Origin: a virus | UHGV virus genome: UHGV-0856201 | DNA: 61,875 bases | Reading direction: 5' to 3' (one strand) | In this document: piece after piece, positions 48,073 through 57,040 of the stretch | Layout: each line of letters begins with the position of its first letter | Numbering within the stretch: the stretch's first letter is position 1 | Program-made: the position numbers and the translations under genes | The notes under the pieces: model-generated | What the model was told of the DNA's origin: nothing | What the model saw: only the letters and a program-made list of their open reading frames with translations | The model's database searches: none

Positions 48073-48708
48073 ATGAAAATTTCAGACCGGGCTAAAAGGG
48101 CTGCTCTGGAGTTAACAACAGATCAACTCCGTTTCGCTAACCTGTGGTTAGATCGTGTCAATAACGGCTTCAGCAACGCTCAGTGCGTCTTACACGCTTA
48201 TCCGGGGCATAAAGACCCTGACGCAGCTAAAGTCACCGCACACCGCCTCCTGTCGAATACAAAGGTGTTGAACTATCTGGACGCGATGGGGAGTCATGCG
48301 CTTGAGTCTGTCGGGGAATCGTTAACGAGTCGTGTCGAGTGGTGGAAACGAGCGGCAAGCACGGCTGAAGAATTACTGGAACCGTATTGTCAGCGCGTTA
48401 TCGTCCCTGGCGAAGACGACACAGAAGCGAAACACCTGTGGGTGAACAGTACCGACGATATCCCCAGCCATCTGCAACAGTACGTAGTTTGCTACAAACG
48501 TTACATGCTGGGCGGATATATTCTGGTGACGCGTGAATTGTTCGATCCGAAAACTCGTGCAAAAGCGTCTGAACAACTGGATAAGATCACCGGGAACAGT
48601 ATCGACCGTGTGGAATTGTCTGGCGTGGTTGGTAACGTGGTTCAGAGTGTTCCTGAAGGTGCAACTATCGACGACATCGCGCAACTGTACCAGAAAGCAC
48701 TTAAATAA
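48073..48708 (+). CDS. terminase small subunit
   Basis: Start MKISDRAK; N-terminal DNA-binding-like region (LTTDQLRFANLW...NAQCVLHAY) resembles Terminase_2 family. Confidence 0.55.
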   Translation: MKISDRAKRAALELTTDQLRFANLWLDRVNNGFSNAQCVLHAYPGHKDPDAAKVTAHRLLSNTKVLNYLDAMGSHALESVGESLTSRVEWWKRAASTAEELLEPYCQRVIVPGEDDTEAKHLWVNSTDDIPSHLQQYVVCYKRYMLGGYILVTRELFDPKTRAKASEQLDKITGNSIDRVELSGVVGNVVQSVPEGATIDDIAQLYQKALK

Positions 48709-48800
48709 CGCCGGAAACCGTTTGCGTTTTCGATAAACAGGGTTGAGTGGCACAAGTGTACTGGTGAGAGTATTAAATTCGTCAGAGAGCGTTTTAGAAA

Positions 48801-48818
48801 GCCGGGTTAATTCCCGGC
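48801..48818. terminator. putative bidirectional terminator hairpin
   Basis: gccgggttaattcccggc between convergent genes. Confidence 0.45.
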
Positions 48819-48826
48819 GATGTTTG

Positions 48827-49033
48827 TTACTGTGCTACAACTTCAAAAACTGTCCGTTCTGTACCGTTATCAAAACGACCTAAAGCAAAACGACCATCTT
48901 CACGCTTGTGAACGTTCCATGCCAGACCCTGGTGATATACAATCATGTCATCAACATCCAGTGAAACAACAGCGCCGATTTTAAAAGCGCCTGACATCAT
49001 ATCTTTAGCGCGTTTGATTACTTTCAGTTCCAT
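48827..49033 (-). CDS. hypothetical protein
   Basis: 68-aa ORF at end of island operon. Confidence 0.35.
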   Translation of the reverse strand: MELKVIKRAKDMMSGAFKIGAVVSLDVDDMIVYHQGLAWNVHKREDGRFALGRFDNGTERTVFEVVAQ

Positions 49034-49059
49034 TTTTCAGTTCCTCACAATTCGTTGTC

Positions 49060-49112
49060 TATGTAAGTAATTTACACGTCCTTGTGTAATCCGTCAAGAA
49101 TTATTTTAAACT
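49060..49112 (-). promoter_or_regulatory. conserved phage early promoter (copy 11)
   Basis: ccgtcaagaattattttaaactg; -35 TTGACG 49092-49097 (minus). Confidence 0.6.
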
Positions 49113-49348
49113 GCAATTAACCAATCATCAGCTAAAATATCAGTTTGACTTGCAAGCCACGGAACAAACTTGTTATCGGCGGTTTTCATACCGATCCACG
49201 GGAGAGCATCCGGGGCTTCATACTCAAAGGCCACTTTGTCAGCGATGTCTGCTGGCACCAGTTTTAACCACATGCCTTTTCCATTCCACCCGGAACGGCA
49301 AACGCGCTTACCTTCTTTCATCATTGTAACTGCTTCGCCAAAATTCAT
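49106..49348 (-). CDS. DUF2829-family protein (Tad2-like, candidate anti-Thoeris sponge)
   Basis: Likely start MNFGEAVTMMKEGKRVCRSGWNGKGMWL; later KTADNKFVPWLASQTDILADDW; pattern matches my recollection of DUF2829. Confidence 0.55.
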   Translation of the reverse strand: MNFGEAVTMMKEGKRVCRSGWNGKGMWLKLVPADIADKVAFEYEAPDALPWIGMKTADNKFVPWLASQTDILADDWLIAV

Positions 49349-49349
49349 A

Positions 49350-49508
49350 CTATTCACCTTTTAAATATTCGTCATTACCTGCAACCCAGAAACGATCACC
49401 AACATCAGGTGACGATTCCCAGGGCATTTTTTCAGTTACTTCAATTTCAACTTCCCCGTGTTCATTACGGTTAATAATTTTCACGGGTACACCGTCATAG
49501 GTTTTCAT
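49350..49508 (-). CDS. small hypothetical protein (52 aa)
   Basis: [52 protein letters not shown]; coupled between rdgC and DUF2829 gene. Confidence 0.3.
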   Translation of the reverse strand: MKTYDGVPVKIINRNEHGEVEIEVTEKMPWESSPDVGDRFWVAGNDEYLKGE

Positions 49509-50419
49509 CGTTTCGCTTCCCCACCCAAAGCCGTGATAAGTTGTTTAATCAGCGCCTGAAGTTCACCTGTCATTAGTACAAAATCAGCGTCAAATCGTGC
49601 CAGTCCATCTTCAAGGTCAATATCGTCGTTCTGGTCGAGCAACCCGTCGCAGAATTTCACACGGTTTAACGTCATGCTGTCAGTTAGTGTAAACGTTACC
49701 CGCTGCTGCCAGTCCATCGCCAGCTTTGTAACGACTTTCCCTGCTTCAATATGTGTGGCTATTTCATCACTGGTTAAATCCTGTTTTTTAACGCGTGCAA
49801 CACCGCCATCAGTCAGGATCGCTTTCAGTTCCGCAGAATCACCCATTGTAAAACCTGTTGGCGCGTTTCCTGAACGTACCCACTCCGTTGTTGTCAGTTC
49901 AACAGGGTTTTCCATCGTCAGCGGGACGACTGGCAGACTACCCAGGGATTTACGCAACAGCGCTAACGCATCTTCAGCCCGTTTAGCACTGGGCGCATCA
50001 ACCACGATCAACCCGCTAGTGATATCAATCCACAACTGTGTACGACTGTTTTTAACGAACGCCCGTGGTAACAGACTGTGCAACACTTCGTCTTTCAGCG
50101 CGTCTTTCTCTGTTTTCTTCAGCTTACGCGCCTGTTCAGTTTCCAGTTTGGCGATTCGCGCGTTCAGATGCTGTTTAATGACCGGACCAGGAATAATCTT
50201 TTCCTGTTTCTGGATGGTCAGCAGATATTGCCCGTTAGCCTGGTGAACCAGTGTATAATGTTGTTCGGTTGCCGGAACCCAACCAGTACGCGCCATATCC
50301 TGTGAACCGCAAGGATTGAATTGAAACGTACACAAGCTGTCTTCCAGCGTTGGCAACTGGGTCATTAATGCCATCGGGTTGGTCAGACGATAAATAATAG
50401 CGTTTTTAAAGAAGTTCAT
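49505..50419 (-). CDS. rdgC: recombination-associated protein RdgC homolog
   Basis: Full-length collinear similarity to E. coli RdgC ([79 protein letters not shown]). Confidence 0.85.
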   Translation of the reverse strand: MNFFKNAIIYRLTNPMALMTQLPTLEDSLCTFQFNPCGSQDMARTGWVPATEQHYTLVHQANGQYLLTIQKQEKIIPGPVIKQHLNARIAKLETEQARKLKKTEKDALKDEVLHSLLPRAFVKNSRTQLWIDITSGLIVVDAPSAKRAEDALALLRKSLGSLPVVPLTMENPVELTTTEWVRSGNAPTGFTMGDSAELKAILTDGGVARVKKQDLTSDEIATHIEAGKVVTKLAMDWQQRVTFTLTDSMTLNRVKFCDGLLDQNDDIDLEDGLARFDADFVLMTGELQALIKQLITALGGEAKR

Positions 50420-50496
50420 AGTTGTTTTCCTGTTTAATTTATGAATGAGATAATCAACCGTTTTGGTTTACTTTTCACATAATCAACCAAAGCATT

Positions 50497-50730
50497 TCAT
50501 TTCCGGTTCCTTCTTTTCTTCGCCTCGCATCGGGCTTTTGCAATACTTGTTTTACGATGTGGTTGTTTACGGCCAGTAATAAGTCGTTGTGGTGGAACAC
50601 CCCATAAAGTATTGTTCAGACCATAATTATCTGCCGAATAATACAAACCGTTGGCGGTGATAATTACATTCGGATCGTACACAGTAACTTTCCGAAAACA
50701 GTTGATAATTGTTGTTTTCGTACTCATCAT
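50497..50730 (-). CDS. hypothetical protein
   Basis: 77 aa with basic C-terminus. Confidence 0.35.
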   Translation of the reverse strand: MMSTKTTIINCFRKVTVYDPNVIITANGLYYSADNYGLNNTLWGVPPQRLITGRKQPHRKTSIAKARCEAKKRRNRK

Positions 50731-50993
50731 ACGTTCACCACTTTTAAATCAGGTGTCAGACTACGATGGTCATGATGACCGTTCATAGTAAATGAGAAAG
50801 TGTAATTGCACTGTTCATCGTTGAACGTGAAGGGGGTTTGAAACCCTGTATCGTCAGCGATGCGAACTTTAACCGGGTATTCAGCTTGCGGATCGACTGC
50901 TACAACAGTACCAAACGGTTTAGATTTGCGACGTGCGAGAATTTCTAACAATCGTGGACTGGTGATTTCTACGTGTTGACCAGTTTTAAACAT
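50727..50993 (-). CDS. hypothetical protein
   Basis: Start MFKTGQHV with RBS ggag, first gene after promoter copy 12. Confidence 0.4.
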   Translation of the reverse strand: MFKTGQHVEITSPRLLEILARRKSKPFGTVVAVDPQAEYPVKVRIADDTGFQTPFTFNDEQCNYTFSFTMNGHHDHRSLTPDLKVVNV

Positions 50994-51014
50994 GGTAATA
51001 ACTCCAGTTGTTTT

Positions 51015-51066
51015 ACACAAACTGAAGTCTATCTGACAATGCGTAAACCGTCAAGAATTATTTTAA
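51015..51066 (-). promoter_or_regulatory. conserved phage early promoter (copy 12)
   Basis: ccgtcaagaattattttaaactg; -35 TTGACG 51049-51054 (minus); -10 tagact. Confidence 0.6.
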
Positions 51067-51235
51067 ACTGTCCGTCACTGCCTGCAGCGTAACAAATACC
51101 GTGACTGTAGATTGTCGCAGTTCGTGTAATGCGTTGATAGTCTGAGCATTGGTTACGAATACGCAGGTCATACCCGGACTGTATAATCAGCCAGGTTGCA
51201 ATGATGGCGAGTAATTTTAAAACGTATCTGAACAT
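51029..51235 (-). CDS. small hydrophobic protein (uncertain)
   Basis: MFRYVLKLLAIIATWLII with RBS aggag; 3' end overlaps promoter copy 12. Confidence 0.3.
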   Translation of the reverse strand: MFRYVLKLLAIIATWLIIQSGYDLRIRNQCSDYQRITRTATIYSHGICYAAGSDGQFKIILDGLRIVR

Positions 51236-51296
51236 GTTCCACACTCCTGTTTGATAGTTTCAGGGTAGTGTGGAACTGGTGAAGATGGTATAGGAT

Positions 51297-51695
51297 TTAC
51301 GATAATTTAACAGTTAACCCGGCGTTGGTCAGAACGTTAGCGACATCGCGCACACCAGCTTCATATCCGTCTATAGGTGTTGCGGATGATTTAATACAAA
51401 TGCCAGTATGCTTTGGTAATTCAATTACCAACTGTTCCCGGCTGGCTTTCCACATGTCCCACGCGCGATTCAAACGATCGCCTTCTTCCACGGTGTACTC
51501 GTCATCTTTCCTTAATTTTTCTAAGACGTTTTTTGGTGTTCCGTATTTGTCTGAATAACACGCTTCAAACTGTTCACGACTCTTATCCACTTTTTCAACC
51601 CTCCACCCATATTTGGCACGATTCATAGCGGTCCGTTCATCATTCGTGGTGAACAGTACGTACCCGGATTTATGACAAATGTTCCAAGTCGTCAT
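51297..51695 (-). CDS. hypothetical protein
   Basis: 132-aa ORF. Confidence 0.4.
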   Translation of the reverse strand: MTTWNICHKSGYVLFTTNDERTAMNRAKYGWRVEKVDKSREQFEACYSDKYGTPKNVLEKLRKDDEYTVEEGDRLNRAWDMWKASREQLVIELPKHTGICIKSSATPIDGYEAGVRDVANVLTNAGLTVKLS

Positions 51696-51747
51696 TTCGC
51701 TAATACACCAATAATGAAAATTAGCATGTAGAATAAAACATTACGGG

Positions 51748-51906
51748 TCATAATTTATAAACCTTAAAATTACCGCCTGAATAGCGATGTTTACCACACA
51801 ACTTACAACGGTGTTCCTGAGTGGCGTAATTACGTTCATCACCGTGGGTAGTACGATATAAATACCATTCGTGTTTACAGAATAATCGTTTGAGAAATAT
51901 CTTCAT
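51748..51906 (-). CDS. small zinc-ribbon protein (52 aa)
   Basis: MKIFLKRLFCKHEW...HRCKLCGKHRY; two Cys pairs; below ORF-track cutoff. Confidence 0.3.
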   Translation of the reverse strand: MKIFLKRLFCKHEWYLYRTTHGDERNYATQEHRCKLCGKHRYSGGNFKVYKL

Positions 51907-51909
51907 AGT

Positions 51910-52140
51910 TCAATAACCCCTCCTCGACTGGTAATCAATTTTCTTCAGTGATTGTTGCACAATCTGCCAGGACGACAACATGAATAATTGCGCGTATTGC
52001 CCCAGTGCTAAATTTCGTGGTTTATCCTGATAAGCGTAAATCGTTGCAACGTCATCACCATTTAAACGGATCCGCCACGGTGTCAGAGTTGGTTTATCAC
52101 CCATGTTCGACGCGCTCCAGTAGTTCACGAATGTTTTCAA
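51910..52140 (-). CDS. hypothetical protein
   Basis: 76-aa ORF. Confidence 0.35.
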   Translation of the reverse strand: MKTFVNYWSASNMGDKPTLTPWRIRLNGDDVATIYAYQDKPRNLALGQYAQLFMLSSWQIVQQSLKKIDYQSRRGY

Positions 52141-52420
52141 TTACACGTTGTTTTGTCTGAGTAGTGACACATGCACCATCGGTACGCCCAAAAGTTTCTA
52201 ACACGGTTTGAAGTGCTTGATACATTTCAGGACTGTTTAACATTAATGACAGGTTACCCCGGAGTTCCTGGAGTTTTTCTTGTTCTTCGTTTGGTAAGTA
52301 ACAAGGGTCTTCCATTTTAATAACCACTTGCGCGATTGCCCCGTGGTCTGGTGATGAAATGCTCACATGATTTTCAACCCACCCTTCATCTTTAAACCAC
52401 GGTAATTGTGAACATTTCAT
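52097..52420 (-). CDS. hypothetical protein
   Basis: Start at MKCSQLPW (52420) preferred over upstream Met. Confidence 0.4.
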   Translation of the reverse strand: MKCSQLPWFKDEGWVENHVSISSPDHGAIAQVVIKMEDPCYLPNEEQEKLQELRGNLSLMLNSPEMYQALQTVLETFGRTDGACVTTQTKQRVIENIRELLERVEHG

Positions 52421-52527
52421 AATATTTACCTTTTTGTTTAGTGACAAGATATCTCTTCAACCCGACATGCACCAAAATCTTTAAGTTCATTTTTAGTAAT
52501 TTTCATTCTGTATAACCCTCTGTTCAT

Positions 52528-52617
52528 TTACCGACTGATTTTAGACCCAACATATATACCTGCGAACACGGTTAAAGCACCCATGATAAAGCCTATTGCA
52601 AACGTATATTCTTCCAC
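52528..52617 (-). CDS. small hydrophobic leader peptide (29 aa, GTG start)
   Basis: RBS aggag then GTG; (V/M)EEYTFAIGFIMGALTVFAGIYVGSKISR; downstream of promoter copy 13. Confidence 0.25.
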   Translation of the reverse strand: MEEYTFAIGFIMGALTVFAGIYVGSKISR

Positions 52618-52639
52618 GATTCACTACTCCTGTTCATTT

Positions 52640-52692
52640 GATAACCAGATTCTAGTTGTTCACCTGTAATCTGTCAAGAATTATTTTAAATC
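52640..52692 (-). promoter_or_regulatory. conserved phage early promoter (copy 13)
   Basis: ctgtcaagaattattttaaatc; -35 TTGACA 52673-52678 (minus); -10 tagaat. Confidence 0.6.
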
Positions 52693-52753
52693 TCTGTTAC
52701 CACCCGTCACCCGTGGTAAACTGTACAGAACAATTACAAACGGACCGATAACC

Positions 52754-54517
52754 ATGAATAAGTTTACTGGAAATATTCATAATTACCCGCGCTGGCGTGA
52801 TGCCTACGCAAACGACGAACGTATCTGGCGAAAAGGTCAGCCACGACCGGATTACAAACAGTGTTACATTGACCGTATTAACCTGTTAAATCGTATGCGC
52901 ACGGATCGGGCAATTGTCCCGGTACTGAAAAAGTATTACGAAACAAACCCTGTAGCGTTCATTCTCGACTGGGCGTTTACTTATGACCCGCGTAACGTTG
53001 GTACTGAATACCCGCCAAACATGCCTTTCTGCCTTTTCGAACGTCAAATCGACATGGTTCAGTTTGTTTACGAAGCGCTTGAAGACAAAGAAAAGGGGCT
53101 TTGGGAAAAATCGCGAGATTATGGTGCGACCTGGGTAGCCTGTGGTTTGTCCGTGTGGGCGTGGTTGTATCGTCCTGGTTCGTCAGTCGGCTGGGGTTCA
53201 CGTAAAGAACAGCTTGTCGATAAACTGGGTGACCCGGATAGTATTTTTGAAAAGATTCGCCAGATTATCCGCGCATTACCACCGGAATTACGTCCTATTA
53301 GTCTGCGTGAAAAAGACCATCTGGTTTACACGAAATGTATCAACCCTGAAAACGGTGCGACAATTACTGGTGAAGCTGGCGATAACATCGGTCGTGGTGG
53401 TCGTAAATCTGTTTATTTTTTGGACGAAGCAGCACACGTAGATCGTCCTGAACTGATTGAAGCGTCGTTGTCAGCTAACACCAACGTTCGAATTGATATC
53501 AGTTCCGTTAACGGTGTTGGTAACGTTTTTTATCGCAACCGTAAAGCTGGTCTGGAATGGGAACCTGGCAAGAAATTACCCCGTGGTAAATTGCGTGTCA
53601 TGGTTCTGGACTGGCGTGATCACCCGGCTAAAGACGACGAATGGTATAAACGAGAAAAACAATCGTTCGCTGAAAAGGGTTTACAGCATATTTTCGCACA
53701 GGAAGTTGACCGCGATTATGCAGCTGCTGTCCAGGGTGTACTGATTAAAGCTGAATGGGTACGTGCTGCTTTTGACGCTTTCCGTGACACAGAATGGCGC
53801 AAAGCTAACGGACTACTTACACCAACAGGTCAACGTATCGCCGGACAGGACGCAGCAGACGGTGGTGAAGACGCAAGCGCACTGGTAATTGCTCACGGTG
53901 TATTCCTGACACATCTGCAACTTGACCACAGAGGCGCTGAACTGGCTGCACCAGGGATGTTGACGATGGCTAATATGCTGGGTGTTGATGAATACTGGTA
54001 CGAAGTTAACGGTGTTGGTACAGGCGTTAAAGTAGCGGCAAACGACCGGAAAGATACTTTACGCTTCCGTGTGCGCCCGTGGTTACCGAATGGAAAAGTT
54101 GTGGATCCGGGTGGTGATATTATTGGTGGTACAAAACCTGGTGACAAAGACCGTAAATCAAACAAAGATTATTTCTCAAATTATAAAGCACAAGCATCGT
54201 GGGCGTTACGCCTGCGTTGTCAGCGAATTTATAAATGGTATGTGGAAGGTCAACCACAGGATCCGGACGAAATCATTCTGATTGATCCGTCACTGGAAAA
54301 CGCACAACGGTTAGAAGCTGAGTTAAGTCAGCCAACGTATACCAGTAACGGTGCCGGGAAGATTGTGATCGACAAGAAACCAAACGGAAGTAAGTCACCA
54401 AACTTTTTCGATGCTGCGGTTATTGCACTATCACCAAAACGCACTGAATTTGTCGAAGAACCATTTACTGGTGGTGTGAACCCTGTTGGTACTCCTGAAT
54501 ACGGTGACATTTTTTAA
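52754..54517 (+). CDS. terminase large subunit
   Basis: 587 aa; Walker B-like VYFLDEAAH; size and position before portal; followed by strong terminator. Confidence 0.65.
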   Translation: MNKFTGNIHNYPRWRDAYANDERIWRKGQPRPDYKQCYIDRINLLNRMRTDRAIVPVLKKYYETNPVAFILDWAFTYDPRNVGTEYPPNMPFCLFERQIDMVQFVYEALEDKEKGLWEKSRDYGATWVACGLSVWAWLYRPGSSVGWGSRKEQLVDKLGDPDSIFEKIRQIIRALPPELRPISLREKDHLVYTKCINPENGATITGEAGDNIGRGGRKSVYFLDEAAHVDRPELIEASLSANTNVRIDISSVNGVGNVFYRNRKAGLEWEPGKKLPRGKLRVMVLDWRDHPAKDDEWYKREKQSFAEKGLQHIFAQEVDRDYAAAVQGVLIKAEWVRAAFDAFRDTEWRKANGLLTPTGQRIAGQDAADGGEDASALVIAHGVFLTHLQLDHRGAELAAPGMLTMANMLGVDEYWYEVNGVGTGVKVAANDRKDTLRFRVRPWLPNGKVVDPGGDIIGGTKPGDKDRKSNKDYFSNYKAQASWALRLRCQRIYKWYVEGQPQDPDEIILIDPSLENAQRLEAELSQPTYTSNGAGKIVIDKKPNGSKSPNFFDAAVIALSPKRTEFVEEPFTGGVNPVGTPEYGDIF

Positions 54518-54524
54518 ACAGTGT

Positions 54525-54556
54525 GGCGGGATTATTCCCGCCCGTTTTCTTTTTTT
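54525..54556 (+). terminator. rho-independent terminator after terL
   Basis: ggcgggattattcccgcc followed by gttttcttttttt. Confidence 0.7.
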
Positions 54557-54600
54557 AATTCTTGACAAATTACATTATAAATGTTTGTAAATTATCTGTT
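54548..54600 (+). promoter_or_regulatory. conserved phage early promoter (copy 14)
   Basis: ttaattcttgacaaattac; -35 TTGACA 54563-54568; -10 not clearly assigned. Confidence 0.5.
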
Positions 54601-54680
54601 AGGCTAATGTAACGCGTTTATACTCCTGTAGGTAACCGATCGGTTACAGTTAATTAACATTCTCTCACAGGAGTTTCAAC

Positions 54681-55376
54681 ATGTCTGACATGACTTTAGT
54701 TCCCACTGGCGGTTTCGGCGGTGAAGCTGGCGCGGCTGCACTTGGTGGTGGTATCGGCGGTCTTATCGGTTCCTGGTTCGGTAACGGCTGGGGTGGCGGT
54801 GGTGGCTGGGGTGGTCGCGGTAACTTTGGTGGTCCTGTAGAAGTTCAAGCCTCTGTAGATACCAACGCTATTCTGCAAGCCATCAATAACGGTGCTCTTC
54901 AGACCATTCAGGGTCAGAATGGTACAAACCTGACCGTTGAACGCGCTGCAGCTTCCACTTTTAACGGTATCACTCAACAGAACACACAAAACCTGCTGGC
55001 ATCTGTACAAGGTTTTGCAGGTCTGAACACGCAGATTCAACAGGGTACTAACACTGTGACCAATGCGATCTGTGCATCTGAAACTGCGGCACTGACTCGT
55101 TCTTTCCAGGCACAGTTAGCGGCTGAGAAGTGTTGTTGCGAAACCAACCTGAACATTGAACGTCAGGCAGAAGCAACTCGTGCACTGATCCGTGACCAGT
55201 TCGCACAGTCTCAGGCTGTTCTGATTTGTGACCTGAAATCTCAGATTCAAACCCGTGACTTCCAGTTGTCTCAATTATCACAAACGTCTCAGTTGGAGTG
55301 CAAAATTAACCAGGTCGATCAGCTTATTAACTTCAAGCTGCCTACTCCGCAAACTCCACCGACTGGCTGCTGCTAA
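54681..55376 (+). CDS. Gly-rich / Gln-Asn-rich protein with Cys motifs
   Basis: N-terminus GGFGGEAGAAALGGGIGGLIGSWFGNGWGGGGGWGGRGNFGG; CCC internal and C-terminal GCC; RBS aggag. Confidence 0.5.
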   Translation: MSDMTLVPTGGFGGEAGAAALGGGIGGLIGSWFGNGWGGGGGWGGRGNFGGPVEVQASVDTNAILQAINNGALQTIQGQNGTNLTVERAAASTFNGITQQNTQNLLASVQGFAGLNTQIQQGTNTVTNAICASETAALTRSFQAQLAAEKCCCETNLNIERQAEATRALIRDQFAQSQAVLICDLKSQIQTRDFQLSQLSQTSQLECKINQVDQLINFKLPTPQTPPTGCC

Positions 55377-55426
55377 TTGGTCAACTAAGCGCCTCTGTAC
55401 GGGGCGCTTTAACAGGAGATGAGAGT

Positions 55427-55786
55427 ATGCATTACAAACCGTATTACGTTATCAAAAAAGACGATGATGACGATGAAGAGGAAGATGTAGAAATTCATCA
55501 CCACCATCATTATCACCACGGGCATCACCCGGACACGATGGGAGTATTTCATCATGATAGCTCTGTTAGCGAACATGGTTCAGTTATGGCCCATGTTAAA
55601 GCACGTATGGATAACCCTCCTTCGACTTGGGCGTCGTACCACGATAAGCCCGGCGGGATGATGTCCATTGTTGAAATGGAATATCGCGAACTAATGGAAG
55701 AAAAAGCCGAAGGTTCGACGTCTGGTATTAAAAAAGAGCTAACAGATCTGGCTGCAGCCTGTATCAACGCGCTTAAAAAGATGTAA
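55427..55786 (+). CDS. His-rich acidic protein
   Basis: DDDDDEEEDVEIHHHHHYHHGHH near N-terminus; 119 aa. Confidence 0.45.
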   Translation: MHYKPYYVIKKDDDDDEEEDVEIHHHHHYHHGHHPDTMGVFHHDSSVSEHGSVMAHVKARMDNPPSTWASYHDKPGGMMSIVEMEYRELMEEKAEGSTSGIKKELTDLAAACINALKKM

Positions 55787-55802
55787 CTAACAGGAAACCG
55801 AC

Positions 55803-56306
55803 ATGCAGAATATTAACGCAGGTATGGGTGTCACCCAGTTTAACGGCATGAAACCGCGAAGCACTATTAACATTGGTGGTGTGGAGTGGTCATTACGTCG
55901 GGATGCCACTGACTCAACAACAATGTTTCCTCATCCGAAGGTAAGCTGGCTTAACGCTGGTTGTGAACCGATGGGTGATGGTCGTTTTCATTACTGTTGG
56001 ATTTTGGGTGTGATTCCCCCGACACCGGGGACAATCGAACGACCGGTTAATGTGATGTATGTTGGTTTCCATCAATTTAAAATTAATATTGCACCTAATT
56101 CAATTAGTCAGGCTGATTTGGACAGGATGCATGTTTATGTCAGCGACACTTCACATTTTGCTGGTGAATTTGTCAGTAAGTTTTTAGGTACAGAACCTGA
56201 ACCTGTGGAAACTCGTGAAAATATCAGCCCGTGGCCCCCGATGAATGATCCTCGTGAGCAACCAAAAGTAGCCAAAAATAAGGTAAACGAAGATGACGAA
56301 GAATGA
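55803..56306 (+). CDS. hypothetical protein
   Basis: 167 aa, acidic C-terminus. Confidence 0.4.
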   Translation: MQNINAGMGVTQFNGMKPRSTINIGGVEWSLRRDATDSTTMFPHPKVSWLNAGCEPMGDGRFHYCWILGVIPPTPGTIERPVNVMYVGFHQFKINIAPNSISQADLDRMHVYVSDTSHFAGEFVSKFLGTEPEPVETRENISPWPPMNDPREQPKVAKNKVNEDDEE

Positions 56307-56547
56307 AGGGGTAGACAAAGTAGTCGAAAGTCTGGGGTTACGCGCACACGTAATCGTAGACGAAGGTCACAGTCAAGAAGCGATCATGAAGTCGGCATTT
56401 AACGATTTTAAAGCGTTGGGTTCAATGAGTGGGATCATGGGAGTGATGGCTACCGGGAAATTAAGTCAGCAACAGTTAGATCTGGCACAACGTATCGCTG
56501 TGAAAGTAATTGCCGTTTTAGGTCTTAAAGAGTCAGAAAAAGCGTAA
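56293..56547 (+). CDS. hypothetical protein
   Basis: 84-aa ORF overlapping previous stop. Confidence 0.35.
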   Translation: MTKNEGVDKVVESLGLRAHVIVDEGHSQEAIMKSAFNDFKALGSMSGIMGVMATGKLSQQQLDLAQRIAVKVIAVLGLKESEKA

Positions 56548-56560
56548 AAAGGGGGTTATT

Positions 56561-56725
56561 ATGTGTTGTAGAACATCATGTTGTCTGGGAAGTCCTGCTA
56601 CGCAATTTGGTCTTCTTCAGTCACAGATTGCACATACTCAGGCCGTTTTCAGAGGGTTTACCAGTCCGTTCATAGTACCGTTACAGTTTTCCGCGTTCAC
56701 GTTTAGGCCTTTTGTATTTTACTGA
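56561..56725 (+). CDS. small Cys-rich peptide (54 aa)
   Basis: Strong RBS aaaaagggggt; MCCRTSCCLGSPATQFG...; ends at terminator. Confidence 0.3.
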   Translation: MCCRTSCCLGSPATQFGLLQSQIAHTQAVFRGFTSPFIVPLQFSAFTFRPFVFY

Positions 56726-56733
56726 TCGACTTT

Positions 56734-56759
56734 GCCCCGGAACTGTCCGGGGCTTTTTT
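56734..56759. terminator. bidirectional rho-independent terminator
   Basis: gccccggaactgtccggggc followed by TTTTTT. Confidence 0.7.
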
Positions 56760-57040
56760 CAACGTCTGAAAGATGAAAGAACAGCGAGGCTAGCAGAACC
56801 TAAACCGAATATGACGGCGTATGTTAGTTGATGTTGAAGTTTCACAAAACCGTAATAATCGCTTTGTAATTCCACGATGTCAAAAGCAATTGAAAAACTG
56901 GTTACCAGCAACATGATTGAAAGAACACGAATCAGAGCAACTGCTAACCCTATCACCCCTTGTTCTTTTTTCTCAGTTGTAATAACGACAACAATCATTA
57001 ACAGAAGTGAAAAAGCAATGTACATGTATTCCATAATCAT
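56759..57040 (-). CDS. small membrane protein
   Basis: 93 aa with two hydrophobic helices. Confidence 0.4.
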   Translation of the reverse strand: MIMEYMYIAFSLLLMIVVVITTEKKEQGVIGLAVALIRVLSIMLLVTSFSIAFDIVELQSDYYGFVKLQHQLTYAVIFGLGSASLAVLSSFRR

